Source: Pseudomonadota bacterium
Lineage (GTDB): Bacteria; Bdellovibrionota; FAC87; UBA2466
Direction of reading: 5' to 3'
Length of the DNA stretch: 64,000 nucleotides
Assembly: GCA_043718025.1 (NCBI GenBank)
Contig: JAYSWN010000172.1
Span: 1 to 64,000 of the forward strand
Shown one piece after another: positions 1 through 9,633 of the stretch (position 1 is its first letter; each line of letters starts with the position of its first letter). Below the pieces are notes generated by a model. That model saw only the letters and a program-made list of their open reading frames with translations. It searched no databases and was not told the DNA's origin. Made by a program: the position numbers and the translations under genes.

Positions 1-670
1 GACCGTCCGCTAAGTAATAGGTAAAGAACCGCAAACTCGGTTCAGCGTTTAGCACTGCCAGCTGTTCCACTCTAATAGATTTCTCGACTAGCGAACCGCG
101 CGCTTCATAAATTTTGCTTTCCTTAGCCATTACCTGCAAGATTGCCGTGAGTTGTTCGGCGGAAAAATATTTCAAATTTGAAAGATTATTCATCGCTTTG
201 TCAATGAAGCTCTTGTCCCGACGATCGGCATTGTTGCGCTGTTCGTTTCCATTAAGATGCTTTAAAAGTTCGCTCACGACAAACACCGTGATTCGATCGG
301 GCTCTGCTCCGCAATGTTCGAAGACAGATCGGCGGGCCACTTCATTAAAAATTTTCCGTCTCACACTTCGGTATTGGAGAGTGGTCGCTCCGCCTTCGGC
401 GGAATACAAAAACGCCAAGTCATAAGCTGCTTCTTCCGCGTGAAGCAGGAGGTACTGCGAACACATTCCCGGAAGATCCCGTTGGTCGGCTGAATTCAGG
501 GGGGCATGAGTCTCAAAAAGAAAGGAGAATTGGGGTAATACAGTAGCCTCTGGGTGAAGCCCCCAGGCGCTAAGCGCGGGAAAGAAGACAAACAAGACAT
601 ACAAAAGGGAGAGCGAATCTCTAACCCTGACCGAGTTCCTGTTTTTAACGGATTCGAGTCGACATTCCAT
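1..670 (-). CDS. Hypothetical, possibly exported protein; runs off the left window edge
   Basis: Manual translation from ATG 670 (MECRLESVKNRNSVRVRDSLSLLYVLFVFFPALSAWG...) stays open to position 2. It follows directly after the TfoX-like gene and is missing from the ORF track because no stop lies in the window. Confidence 0.6.
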   Translation of the reverse strand, partial: MECRLESVKNRNSVRVRDSLSLLYVLFVFFPALSAWGLHPEATVLPQFSFLFETHAPLNSADQRDLPGMCSQYLLLHAEEAAYDLAFLYSAEGGATTLQYRSVRRKIFNEVARRSVFEHCGAEPDRITVFVVSELLKHLNGNEQRNNADRRDKSFIDKAMNNLSNLKYFSAEQLTAILQVMAKESKIYEARGSLVEKSIRVEQLAVLNAEPSLRFFTYYLADG

Positions 671-683
671 GTTCTTGCTCACC

Positions 684-1178
684 TTAACGGCGCTGTTTAC
701 TCGTTCGTTTCTTGGTCGACCCTTTCTTAAGCACTTTCTTAAGCACCGTCTTTTTTGCGACCGGCTTTTTTACGGCCTTCTTTTTCTTGGAGTTAGGAAT
801 TTTTCCAATTCTTTCATCACCGCGGCAGATGAGCTCGCATAGCGTTGTTGCCAAGGTTTCAAAATTATCATTTTCGGACGGCAGATTCTGCCACGCCGAC
901 TCTTTGTCGCCGAACACGGTGATGGATCGAAGCGGAGGAAAGTCTTGGCGAAGCGAGGCGTGATGCTCGGCAACGGTGGCAACCCAAATGCCATTGTCAT
1001 GGGTAGAGCCGCCCTTATCACGCAGGATGAGCAATATCTTATCGCGATGATAAATCGCGTAGGCCCCAAACATCGCCTTTGTGGTCACGTTGAGCCGGCC
1101 GAGCAAGTCGAGCACAAACTCAAAGGGGATTTTCTTTTTTTCCGCTTTAATGGCCTGCTTAGAAAACAGATTCTTCAT
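684..1178 (-). CDS. TfoX/Sxy N-terminal-like family protein with Lys-rich C-terminal tail
   Basis: KAMFGAYAIY motif, GIWVAT..EHH.SL, RGDERIGKIP; histone-like KKKAVKKPVAKK tail. Confidence 0.6.
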   Translation of the reverse strand: MKNLFSKQAIKAEKKKIPFEFVLDLLGRLNVTTKAMFGAYAIYHRDKILLILRDKGGSTHDNGIWVATVAEHHASLRQDFPPLRSITVFGDKESAWQNLPSENDNFETLATTLCELICRGDERIGKIPNSKKKKAVKKPVAKKTVLKKVLKKGSTKKRTSKQRR

Positions 1179-1921
1179 TATAGTTCTCCCATGGAAACAG
1201 CAGAGAATTTAGGCGCCGGGTCAAAGTAAGTTTTGGTAACAAACTGCCGCTCGAACAAGTAGTAGAAAGCATAAATACTGGCGTTAAAAAAGCCCACTAG
1301 CAAAAGCCCTTCCCACGTTCCCGCCACCAGTGCACTGCCGTAGGCCTGTAAGTTTCCAACCCCGTACATCGGGTTTTTGAAATAGCGGTACGGCCCCTGC
1401 GCCACGGCCGTTTGGTTGGCATGAAGCGATCGGCCAATGAACATATCGTTGTAGTAGTAAATATCTAAGCCGCTCACGTAGGTGGCCCATATTTTCAGCG
1501 TAAGACCAGAAACGATGAGCAGAATGCCCAGCCCTTTCAATAAATGGTCTGGATCAGAAAGGCTGCCCTGATACGCGCTCAAAAAAGCGCCTTGAGCAAA
1601 ACCCTGTTGAGCGAATACCAAACCTAAAACAGCGTTGTACCAACGTAAGGCGCGTGTTTCGCCTAAGCGCTCGATTAGCCAGGGGCGAAGACTCGAGCAC
1701 AGCACCACAGAGTTACCAACGTAATACAGCGCCCATATTGCAGCCGCGTAAAGGCAGGCCACCTGCGGGGCGATCGCAGTGCGGGTCCAAAAGGCGTAGC
1801 CAACCGCGCCGCCAAAAAACAAGACCACCCAGAGCACAAAGCTGAAGTAACTCGAGCGCAGATCTAATCGAAGGCCGGTCATGCCAAGCAAAATGGCCAA
1901 CACTCTGCCAATAGTTTTCAT
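1178..1921 (-). CDS. Integral-membrane phospholipid N-methyltransferase (PEMT/ICMT fold)
   Basis: Multiple TM helices; GPYRYFKNPMYGVG motif and C-terminal FERQFVTKTY resembling PEMT/Opi3/Cho2 signatures. Confidence 0.7.
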   Translation of the reverse strand: MKTIGRVLAILLGMTGLRLDLRSSYFSFVLWVVLFFGGAVGYAFWTRTAIAPQVACLYAAAIWALYYVGNSVVLCSSLRPWLIERLGETRALRWYNAVLGLVFAQQGFAQGAFLSAYQGSLSDPDHLLKGLGILLIVSGLTLKIWATYVSGLDIYYYNDMFIGRSLHANQTAVAQGPYRYFKNPMYGVGNLQAYGSALVAGTWEGLLLVGFFNASIYAFYYLFERQFVTKTYFDPAPKFSAVSMGEL

Positions 1922-1946
1922 AGGGTAACCCCGTTAAAAGACGAGG

Positions 1947-1975
1947 AGCATAGACTCTGTGCGATGATTTATCAA
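1947..1975 (-). promoter_or_regulatory. Candidate sigma70 promoter for PEMT-tfoX
   Basis: TTGATA-N17-TATGCT on the minus strand, 26 nt upstream of ATG 1921. Confidence 0.45.
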
Positions 1976-2009
1976 ATTTAAGCGGTTTTTCACATGAATA
2001 TCAGAGGCT

Positions 2010-2666
2010 TCAGTCGGTAGCCGCGATCTCTTTCCACTCCCACAATGGCGGAGCGTAGCGGGAGGAGTCATTTCTGGCGTAAGAGCGTTCACGGTTCATG
2101 GCGAGCTCAAAGGCTTCCCAGTGGCGACGTTCAATCTCAATGACGGAATCAATTAAGGCCTTAGGCCAAGCTTCATCGCCGAAGAACTTAGCGTGCATCT
2201 CTTCTTGGGCCAGAATGGTTTTTACCGCTCGACGAATACCCGAATGCGAAGTTCGGGCCAGGTAGGCCGGATAGACGGCCAAAGCGCGCTGCTCAATAGC
2301 CCAGCTGGTAATCGCATAGGGAATCGTTTCCGAGGTTAGCCGCGAAAGGCTATCGTCTAATCCAGAAAAATAGTCCCAGCCGGCAACGGCCAAGGGGTTT
2401 TGCTCCCACGAAGTCAGGCAATCACTACCTAGCGCCTGCTTTAAAAGGTAGGCGTGCTGCGCCTCTTCTTGAATGTGCTTTAAAATCTTTAGATTTACGT
2501 CGTCCCAAGAAAGCGAGCGAAGCATCTTTCGACAGCCAACAAATTCAAGCTGGCTCAACATCTCAACCCAATTGCGCTCGAGCAGGGGATCGTTCACCAC
2601 TTCATCTAAAAAGGTGAGAAACGGTAAAGAAAGCGGTAACGGCGCGGTGCGCACTAATTGTCCCAC
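2010..2666 (-). CDS. Ferritin-like non-heme diiron protein, BioE-like (candidate pimeloyl-thioester-generating oxygenase)
   Basis: E...EEAQH and E...EEMH carboxylate/His pairs (LEFVGCRKM, KHIQEEAQHAYLLK, IEQRAL, QEEMH). Likely GTG start 2666 after AAGGAG, overlapping the bioA end; last gene of the bio operon. Confidence 0.7.
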   Translation of the reverse strand: MGQLVRTAPLPLSLPFLTFLDEVVNDPLLERNWVEMLSQLEFVGCRKMLRSLSWDDVNLKILKHIQEEAQHAYLLKQALGSDCLTSWEQNPLAVAGWDYFSGLDDSLSRLTSETIPYAITSWAIEQRALAVYPAYLARTSHSGIRRAVKTILAQEEMHAKFFGDEAWPKALIDSVIEIERRHWEAFELAMNRERSYARNDSSRYAPPLWEWKEIAATD

Positions 2667-4000
2667 GTTGTCTCCTTTTGAACCGCCGACAATAGCACAT
2701 TGAAAGCATGACTCAAGTCTTGGGCGGTTGAGCAAAATGGAGGTACCAAGTAGATCATTTGATGCAGAGGGCGAAGCCAAACCCCTTCATTCCAGACCTG
2801 CTTCGCAATCCTCCAGCCCGGCCCGTTCGCCGGAGAAGGCACCGATTTACTTATCTTATTTTTTACCAATTCTATCGCCCACACCATCCCCAGATGGCGC
2901 ACTTGCCCAACGTTAGCCAGAGCGGCAAAGCGGGGTATCTGATCGGCCATGAGTTGAATCAGTGGCCGGTTGGCTTGCAACACTTCTTCCTCTTCGAAAA
3001 TGTTGAGCACTTCAAGCGCCACCCGGCAGGCCATCGGGTTCGCCGTGAAAGTGTGGCCATGATAAAATGCGCGATCGGGTCCACCGATAAATGGCTCATA
3101 CACTTTTTGCGTCGCCAGAGTGGCGGCAAAGGGAATGAAGCCCGAAGTGAGCCCCTTTGAGAGACAAAGCAAATCAGGCCATAGCGTTGGCTGAAGCTCT
3201 TGGTAGGCAAACAGCGGCCCCAAACGGCCGAACCCGGTAAAAACCTCATCAAAGATCACCAGTGCACCCTGTTTTTGGGCGAGACGAACCAACTTTTCTA
3301 AATAACTTTTGGGATAGGTAATCATTCCCGCCGCACCCAGCACTAACGGTTCAACGATAAGCGCCGCGATGTTATTGCCGTGTTCGGCGAAAAATTTTTC
3401 GGCGCTAGCCAGACAGGCAATTTCGCACGAAGGAAAGGTCAGCTTTTCCGGGCAACGGTAACAATAAGGCGCCTTTGCCCTAAGCACGTTGGGTTCGAAC
3501 GGCAGTGAATCATGAAACTCTCCGATGTGACTCACACTCACCGCGCCCAAAGTGTCGCCGTGAAAAGCGCGTTCCATCGAAACAAAAGTCTTGCGCTGCG
3601 CTTGCCCAATCAATTTCTGGTACTGCAGCGCCATCTTTAATGCGGCCTCAACGGCCGTAGAACCGTCGTCAGAATAAAAAACGCGGGCAAAATGGTTCCC
3701 GGTAACGTTAAGTAGCTTTTCACTTAATTCGATGGCCGGCCGGTGCGTATGCGGCGCCACCACCACTTGATCCATCTGCTTCGCTTGCTCTACAAATGCC
3801 TTCAGTAAACGCGGATGGCAGTGGCCCAGTGACTGGCACCACCAGCTACTAAAGGCATCGAACAATCGATGCCCCGACTCGGTGAAAACGTGGGCGCCGC
3901 TAGCCCGTGCCAGAACCTCGCGCGGCCCCAAAGGAGGATGCGGCGTAAAAGGGTGCCACATGGGGTTACCGCGTCCCAAAAACACATCGTCGAAACTCAT
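2654..4000 (-). CDS. bioA: Adenosylmethionine-8-amino-7-oxononanoate aminotransferase
   Basis: WHPFT, SSWW, SDDGSTAVEAALKMA, FHGDT, FDEVFTGFGRLG, LSKGLTSG, HGHTFTANP. Confidence 0.95.
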   Translation of the reverse strand: MSFDDVFLGRGNPMWHPFTPHPPLGPREVLARASGAHVFTESGHRLFDAFSSWWCQSLGHCHPRLLKAFVEQAKQMDQVVVAPHTHRPAIELSEKLLNVTGNHFARVFYSDDGSTAVEAALKMALQYQKLIGQAQRKTFVSMERAFHGDTLGAVSVSHIGEFHDSLPFEPNVLRAKAPYCYRCPEKLTFPSCEIACLASAEKFFAEHGNNIAALIVEPLVLGAAGMITYPKSYLEKLVRLAQKQGALVIFDEVFTGFGRLGPLFAYQELQPTLWPDLLCLSKGLTSGFIPFAATLATQKVYEPFIGGPDRAFYHGHTFTANPMACRVALEVLNIFEEEEVLQANRPLIQLMADQIPRFAALANVGQVRHLGMVWAIELVKNKISKSVPSPANGPGWRIAKQVWNEGVWLRPLHQMIYLVPPFCSTAQDLSHAFNVLLSAVQKETTWDN

Positions 4001-4666
4001 TTAATTTGGAAGCACCTGAATGCCGAATAGCTGGCGCAGGCGGGAATTGCCGGCCACTTTGCCAGTTAGCGCTTGGGAGTCTTCTACATTGGGAAATTCA
4101 GCCAGCACTTCGGTTTTACCAAAGTGCGCGATGGCCTCGGCGTTGCCCAAATTTCCACGCGACTTAGTAACGATAACGCCTAACACCTTCAAATTTTTTC
4201 GCGTGCATTCATTTAGCGTTAATAAGGTTTGATTAATGGCTCCTACTCGATCGCTCGTGATGACAAGCAACGGAAGTTTCAGCTTCTCTAAAAAATCAGC
4301 CTGCGTTTCTAAATCATTTAAAGGAACGAGCAACCCACCGGCGCCTTCCATAACCAAAAACGACTTCTTCATTTCCGCCTGGGCGGTCTTAACCATCTCG
4401 TCCACGTCGATGCGTTTATTCCACTTCTTAGCGGCGAAGTGAGGGGAGAGCGGGTCCGAAAAGCGGTAAGCCGGTTCAATAAAGAGTTCAGCCGGCAATT
4501 CGGTAGAAGCTTTAATGTCATTGGTGTCATCCCCAACGATGGTGCCGGTTTGAACCGGCTTCCAGTAGCGGGCATTTTTCGAGCCGTAGAGCATTTTCAT
4601 AATGCCCGCTGCAACCACGGTTTTTCCTACGTTGGTGTCAACACCAGTTATAAATACGCCGTCCAT
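4001..4666 (-). CDS. bioD: Dethiobiotin synthetase
   Basis: FITGVDTNVGKT, WKPVQTG, EGAGGLLVP, GAINQTLLT. Confidence 0.95.
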   Translation of the reverse strand: MDGVFITGVDTNVGKTVVAAGIMKMLYGSKNARYWKPVQTGTIVGDDTNDIKASTELPAELFIEPAYRFSDPLSPHFAAKKWNKRIDVDEMVKTAQAEMKKSFLVMEGAGGLLVPLNDLETQADFLEKLKLPLLVITSDRVGAINQTLLTLNECTRKNLKVLGVIVTKSRGNLGNAEAIAHFGKTEVLAEFPNVEDSQALTGKVAGNSRLRQLFGIQVLPN

Positions 4667-5784
4667 AATTTCACCAGTTTCTCCACCATAGCTTCGGTCT
4701 GTTCATCAGACACGCCAAGGTTAAGGGAGAGGCGGAGCCGCTCCGTACCAGACGCTACAGTGGGATATCGGATTGCTTTCACTTCAAAGCCGAACTCTCG
4801 CATGTTTTGAGATAATCGCAAAGCGCTATCGTTTCCGGGAGTCAATACCGGCAGGACTGGAGATTTTCGATTCCATTCTCCGGCCACAACCCGAAAAACG
4901 GATTGGGGAAGCCCCTTTTCCAAGGTGGCCCGCGTTTTTTCTGCGCGTCGCCACAACTCTTGGCGACGCGCTTCGCCCTCGCGCTTCATCACTCCGAGCG
5001 AAGCTTCAACCATTGCGGCCACCACTGGCGGCGGCGCCGTAGTATAAATAAACGATCGGGCCGAGTTAATAACCCACTGTTTGCAAGACTCAGAGCACAA
5101 TAGCGCGGCCCCGCCGACCCCAAATGCCTTGCCCAAGGTCACCGTGACGCACAGTCGGTCCCATCTGCGGGACTGCTCCGTGACCCCTCTTCCCTGCTCC
5201 GTAAAAATTCCGGCGGCGTGCGCTTCATCCACTAAGGTCCAGTGATTTTGCCATTGCCGAGGCCGCCACAACTCTTGCCAGTCGATGACGTCGCCATCCA
5301 TGCTGAATAGCGATTCAGTCACCAGCAGGGTGGTGCCATCGGTATCTTGCGGCACCCACCGCCCGTGGGCATAAACTCGTTTTGGTTTGTGGCTAAGTCG
5401 AATGGCGTCGATGAGACTCGCATGATTAAGCTCATCGCTTACGATGGTGTCGACCAATGGGGCCAAGGCGGTGACGGCCGCCAAGTTGGCGAGATAGCCC
5501 GACGAAAAAAATAACGCCGCCGGAGCTGCAAAAAATTCGGCCAGCGCGGCTTCAACCGATTCGTGGGCGGGGGTGTTACCCCCTAAAAGACGGGATCCCC
5601 GTGAGCCAGCCGCCCCGTTCTCCAGCGCCTTAATTCCAGCGTCGCGAATTTCAGGGTGCGACGCCAGCCCCAGATAGTCGTTGTGGCTAAACGAAATCGC
5701 CGCCTCGTGGGAAAGTTGGCGTAGCCGCGATTCGGACCGCAGACCATCAAGGAGTTGAATCACTTTTTCGTTTAACATTTCCAT
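4648..5784 (-). CDS. bioF: 8-amino-7-oxononanoate synthase
   Basis: FSHNDYLGL, SGYLAN, DELNHASLID, ESLFSMDGD, DEAHA, TLGKAFG, IRYPTV. Confidence 0.95.
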   Translation of the reverse strand: MEMLNEKVIQLLDGLRSESRLRQLSHEAAISFSHNDYLGLASHPEIRDAGIKALENGAAGSRGSRLLGGNTPAHESVEAALAEFFAAPAALFFSSGYLANLAAVTALAPLVDTIVSDELNHASLIDAIRLSHKPKRVYAHGRWVPQDTDGTTLLVTESLFSMDGDVIDWQELWRPRQWQNHWTLVDEAHAAGIFTEQGRGVTEQSRRWDRLCVTVTLGKAFGVGGAALLCSESCKQWVINSARSFIYTTAPPPVVAAMVEASLGVMKREGEARRQELWRRAEKTRATLEKGLPQSVFRVVAGEWNRKSPVLPVLTPGNDSALRLSQNMREFGFEVKAIRYPTVASGTERLRLSLNLGVSDEQTEAMVEKLVKLWTAYL

Positions 5785-5820
5785 TTGTAAAGATCACTCC
5801 CTACCCCTACCCTAGGGATC

Positions 5821-6561
5821 GTGCAACTTGCCCATAAACATATCTTGGTTACCGGGGCCGCTAAACGGGTGGCGCGTCGGTTTGTTGAGCGGCTGTTTGA
5901 AGCCCCTCAAAATAAGGGGCTTAAGCTCAGCGGCCATTACCACACTTCAAAGAATGAGATCGAAGAGCTGGTGGTCTTGGCCAAACAAAAGGGGCATCAA
6001 CTGTTACCCCTCTGCGCCGACATCCGCGACACTGCCGCCACCAAACAGATGGTGGCTTTGGCGGTGAAACAGTTTGGACCCATAGACGTACTGGTAAACA
6101 GCGCCAGCGATTTCTACCCGACGCCGGCACTAGAGTGCACCGAGGCCGATTGGGACTCGCTGATGGCGCTCAATTTGCGGGGGCAGTTCTTTCTTGCCCA
6201 GGCTTGCGCCCAGAGCATGGCCGGAAGAGACGGGGTGATTTTGAATCTAATCGACATTTACGCCGAGCGAGCTTCTAAAAATTTTGTGGCCTATGCCGCT
6301 AGCAAAGGCGGGCTGTGGAATTTGACCAAGAGTTTAGCCCGGGAGTGGGCGCCGCGGATTCGCGTTAACGGAGTTAGCCCCGGCGCCGTGCTGTTTCCCG
6401 CCAGCTACACCGAGGTCCAAAAACAAAAATCGATTGATAGAAGTTTATTAAAGCGGGCCGGCACTCCCGATGACATCGCCGACGCGCTGCTGTTCTTGAT
6501 TTCCAACGACTACATCACCGGCATTAATCTTTGCGTCGATGGTGGCCGCAGCATCGCCTAA
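5821..6561 (+). CDS. SDR oxidoreductase, pteridine reductase (PTR1/FolM)-like
   Basis: TGAAKRV cofactor motif typical of pteridine reductases, VNSASDF, YAASK (YxxxK), VDGGRSI. Confidence 0.75.
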   Translation: MQLAHKHILVTGAAKRVARRFVERLFEAPQNKGLKLSGHYHTSKNEIEELVVLAKQKGHQLLPLCADIRDTAATKQMVALAVKQFGPIDVLVNSASDFYPTPALECTEADWDSLMALNLRGQFFLAQACAQSMAGRDGVILNLIDIYAERASKNFVAYAASKGGLWNLTKSLAREWAPRIRVNGVSPGAVLFPASYTEVQKQKSIDRSLLKRAGTPDDIADALLFLISNDYITGINLCVDGGRSIA

Positions 6562-6567
6562 CCAAAT

Positions 6568-8262
6568 CTATTTGGTCGCCGGTTTTTGATCCTCTGCCTC
6601 TTCTTTTTCTTCGTACTTCTTAACCCAGGCGAACAGAGCAGGAAGCTCAATCGAAGAGAGCGTCCACATCACCGCCATGCTTTCGGCCATAGACTCGACC
6701 ATCGGTTCGGCGCCAGACTGGGCGAGAATTAAGCGGCCGGCCCGATCGCGACGATCTAGTTCATTTAATACGAGACGGGGAAAACGCTTTTCGATCTGCT
6801 CGTCTTGCACCAGGCCGAAGCGCACCACCATGGCCAGCCATTCATTATTAATGAGCACGGGGTCAAGCTCTAGTAGCTCCCCCACCATCGGCTCAATGTA
6901 CTTGTCACGTAGTCGGTTGAAATACGGACGGTCAATTTTTTTTGCAGTGTAATCACGCGCAATTTTTTTCCAAGCCAGCAAGAAGTTACGCTGCAGGCTT
7001 TCGGCGATCTCGGGATAAGTTTGCGCAGCTTGAAGCAATGGCTCTTTGTCGGACGGGGCAATGAAAACAACTTGGGGCGTGATGCTAAACGCCACCGCTT
7101 CCGCCAGGGCGGTTTGCGAGGGCGACAAAGTGAGAATGCGAACGGCCTCTTTCCAAACCTGACGTAGCTTGGTTGCGGTCAAGGCTTTACCCGAAAGCAG
7201 AGTGGCGAGACCTTCGTTTAACTGGGCGGCACCGTTCTCGAGGGCGCCGGTATTGGTCAGCGAAGCTTTTACCGCAGCAAAGAGCGTGCTCATCAAAAGC
7301 GCCCGTTCTTGTTCAGAATAAATTTTTTGCCCGCGCTGAACGCCGCGGGTGAGTCCGCCGGCGGCCAGATTAAACGTGGAAATTAGGCTGGCTTCTACAT
7401 TGGCCGCCGCCGCTAAAGCGCGAAACGAACGGGTGAGCGAATCTGCCTGGGCCAACACCGCTTGCTCCTCTAACTCTTCGGCAAGCTTTGCCGCCATGAC
7501 ACCTTCCCCGGCGCCAAGCTTAAGCATGGTCTTAGCAATATCTAAGGCGATGCCATCGCGCGCCTTTAAACCGTCTTCTTGAATGCGGCGATCGGCGGCG
7601 GCCAATTCGCGCTGCATGATATTAGCCAAAGCCGAACGGCCGGCGGCCGGAGATAAAATAGAAAGCTGGCCTAAGATCGGAAGCAGTTCTGACGAAGAAA
7701 GATTGCTCGTGCGCAAAAGCGTGGGCACCGTCTGCGCCAAAGAGCGTTCTTGAATGCGGGCGCTCTCTAAATCCGACTTGGGAAAAGCTCCGCCGAAGGC
7801 GGATAATTTAAACGGCCCTTTCTCACTAAAGGAGACTCCGTAAGAGATCGCCGACAGGCTCACCTGACGGGCCACCGGCGTGCAGCTGGTGCTGGTCAGA
7901 AAGGTTACCAGGTTGCCGTAGTCGTAGCGCTCTCCATTGGCGAACTCAGAAAGCCCTTGGGGACTTACCGAGCAACCCTCGCCCCCGGCGGCTCCGCCGG
8001 CGGATGGTTCAAGGGGAATGTCGTCTTTGCGAATGCGGGTGGTGGGGTTGGGGCGTCCGCCGCCCGGCTGTGGCTTGCTGGGCTTGGTATCGTGGTCGTG
8101 ATCCTCATGATCTTCGGCGGCCGAGCTTAAGCGGCTGTAAGTAAAGCAAATGCTGAAAACTAAGACAAAAACCGTGGCCCATACCGACTTTGCCGCGACT
8201 TGACCTAAGTCTTGGCATTTACGTAATAAATTTTTCTTTTCGACCTGTTTCATACGCCTCAA
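6568..8262 (-). CDS. Hypothetical exported alpha-helical protein with His/Asp-rich and Pro/Gly-rich N-terminus
   Basis: 564-aa ORF; signal-like hydrophobic segment followed by EDHEDHDHD and PGGGRPNP; start overlaps the upstream stop. Confidence 0.65.
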   Translation of the reverse strand: MRRMKQVEKKNLLRKCQDLGQVAAKSVWATVFVLVFSICFTYSRLSSAAEDHEDHDHDTKPSKPQPGGGRPNPTTRIRKDDIPLEPSAGGAAGGEGCSVSPQGLSEFANGERYDYGNLVTFLTSTSCTPVARQVSLSAISYGVSFSEKGPFKLSAFGGAFPKSDLESARIQERSLAQTVPTLLRTSNLSSSELLPILGQLSILSPAAGRSALANIMQRELAAADRRIQEDGLKARDGIALDIAKTMLKLGAGEGVMAAKLAEELEEQAVLAQADSLTRSFRALAAAANVEASLISTFNLAAGGLTRGVQRGQKIYSEQERALLMSTLFAAVKASLTNTGALENGAAQLNEGLATLLSGKALTATKLRQVWKEAVRILTLSPSQTALAEAVAFSITPQVVFIAPSDKEPLLQAAQTYPEIAESLQRNFLLAWKKIARDYTAKKIDRPYFNRLRDKYIEPMVGELLELDPVLINNEWLAMVVRFGLVQDEQIEKRFPRLVLNELDRRDRAGRLILAQSGAEPMVESMAESMAVMWTLSSIELPALFAWVKKYEEKEEAEDQKPATK

Positions 8263-8927
8263 TTTGAAGACTTTCTGAATACTGGTGCAAGGCCCACGCC
8301 GGGGGGCGCACTCATCTGCTTTGCCTTATTCCGTCCGCCACCCTTGCCCGCCGTACGCTTGGCGAGTGAAGCCCTACCCCGCAGCGGCACGGTTTTGCGA
8401 GGGGGATACTTAGTTTTAAATTCTGCCCAATCGGTTTTTAACCTCCGCCAGGTGGCCAAAATTTCTTTCCACTGCGGCACCAGCTGCTGCGGTTTGCGCT
8501 GGACCCAAGTTACGTTTCCGTTTCTTCGGCTTAACGGCGAAAAAAGAATCTCGTGCTGCGAAGACTGTTGCACTCTAAAGGGATAACTCAAAGTCTGTTC
8601 ACGCCCCGCTTGGTCTACGAAGGTACCGCCCGCTTTAAAGTCAGCGTCGACTCTATCGCCGACAAAAATCTCAATCTCGTTTTCACCGTCGGAGAATCGG
8701 CCCCACTTATCGCGCCGTTCGATTTCAGACTTAACCCGCACTACGCCAACGCTTTCCGCCCGGCGCCACACCGAATACAAATAGGGCTCACCCACAAAAA
8801 GATAGGCGAGCGACAGAATCGTTAGGCTCCACAAAAGTGGACGGCCCCATTTTTCGAAAAGTTCCCACTGTTTTGTGGTCCATGTGCGCGGCGCTTTGCT
8901 TGCCGCTATGTCATTGCCTTTGGCCAT
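8259..8927 (-). CDS. Hypothetical single-pass membrane protein with basic C-terminus
   Basis: 222-aa ORF with one TM (LLWSLTILSLAYLFV); ATGA-type overlap with the next gene. Confidence 0.6.
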   Translation of the reverse strand: MAKGNDIAASKAPRTWTTKQWELFEKWGRPLLWSLTILSLAYLFVGEPYLYSVWRRAESVGVVRVKSEIERRDKWGRFSDGENEIEIFVGDRVDADFKAGGTFVDQAGREQTLSYPFRVQQSSQHEILFSPLSRRNGNVTWVQRKPQQLVPQWKEILATWRRLKTDWAEFKTKYPPRKTVPLRGRASLAKRTAGKGGGRNKAKQMSAPPGVGLAPVFRKSSN

Positions 8928-8936
8928 TGCCCTTAT

Positions 8937-8964
8937 TTATCGGCTAAGTCCTCTGTATTCTTTA
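8937..8964 (-). promoter_or_regulatory. Candidate sigma28 (FliA) promoter
   Basis: TAAA-N16-GCCGATAA on the minus strand just upstream of ORF 8927. Confidence 0.5.
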
Positions 8965-9092
8965 AGAAAACAGAGACAAAAAGGGCGCAAGTGTAGTGAC
9001 TTTTGCGGCCTAATGCACGCCCGGCAGCCCTCAAGCCGCGGCTAATGGGTTGAAATCAGGCTCGAATTCAAAACCTTAATAACAATGCGCCG

Positions 9093-9108
9093 TGGCACGC
9101 CCGTTGCT
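9093..9108 (+). promoter_or_regulatory. sigma54 -24/-12 promoter
   Basis: TGGCACGCCCGTTGCT fits the TGGCAC-N5-TTGC consensus; IHF-like TAATGGGTTGAAA at 9043-9055. Confidence 0.75.
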
Positions 9109-9246
9109 TTTGTATCTGCGCGAGAGTTTGGTTTGTCTTTAGCGGGTTTTGTTTCGGGCCGTTGGAGTTCAGGCTATTGGCGCTGATCTGTTTTAGTGGA
9201 AATGTTGTTGGGCTACAGCGCAGCCTATGTGGAAGCTGGAGGAAGA

Positions 9247-9597
9247 ATGGCCTTTCGAGATCGCAATCAAGGATTTGGGTTCGTTTACGTCGATATTAAG
9301 AAGCTATTAGAGCAGACCGATATCATCGAGCAAAATCCCGAGACTCATCCCCAGGAGAATACGGCATTCTCCATTCATTTGCCCAAAAAGCCTACGCCGT
9401 CACCCGCGCCAGCTATCGTTCAGGTCGCCGAGGCGAAAACCGATGCTTCGACCGCTCGTCCGGTTGACGAGCGCATCAAGCAGATCAAAGAAAATTTAGA
9501 TCGGCTGCAGTCGTTGCACCACAAACTTCACGCGGTGCTCGATGAGCTTTCGAACGTAAATCGCGGCAAAAAGAAAAATACGCCCGACGAGCGTTAA
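9247..9597 (+). CDS. Small hypothetical protein with C-terminal coiled coil
   Basis: ATG 9247 after GGAGG; IKQIKENLDRLQSLHHKLHAVLDEL heptads; bounded by a sigma54 promoter and a terminator. Confidence 0.7.
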   Translation: MAFRDRNQGFGFVYVDIKKLLEQTDIIEQNPETHPQENTAFSIHLPKKPTPSPAPAIVQVAEAKTDASTARPVDERIKQIKENLDRLQSLHHKLHAVLDELSNVNRGKKKNTPDER

Positions 9598-9633
9598 GCT
9601 CCTTGCCCAACCATTAGTGTAGGATTTCTGACC

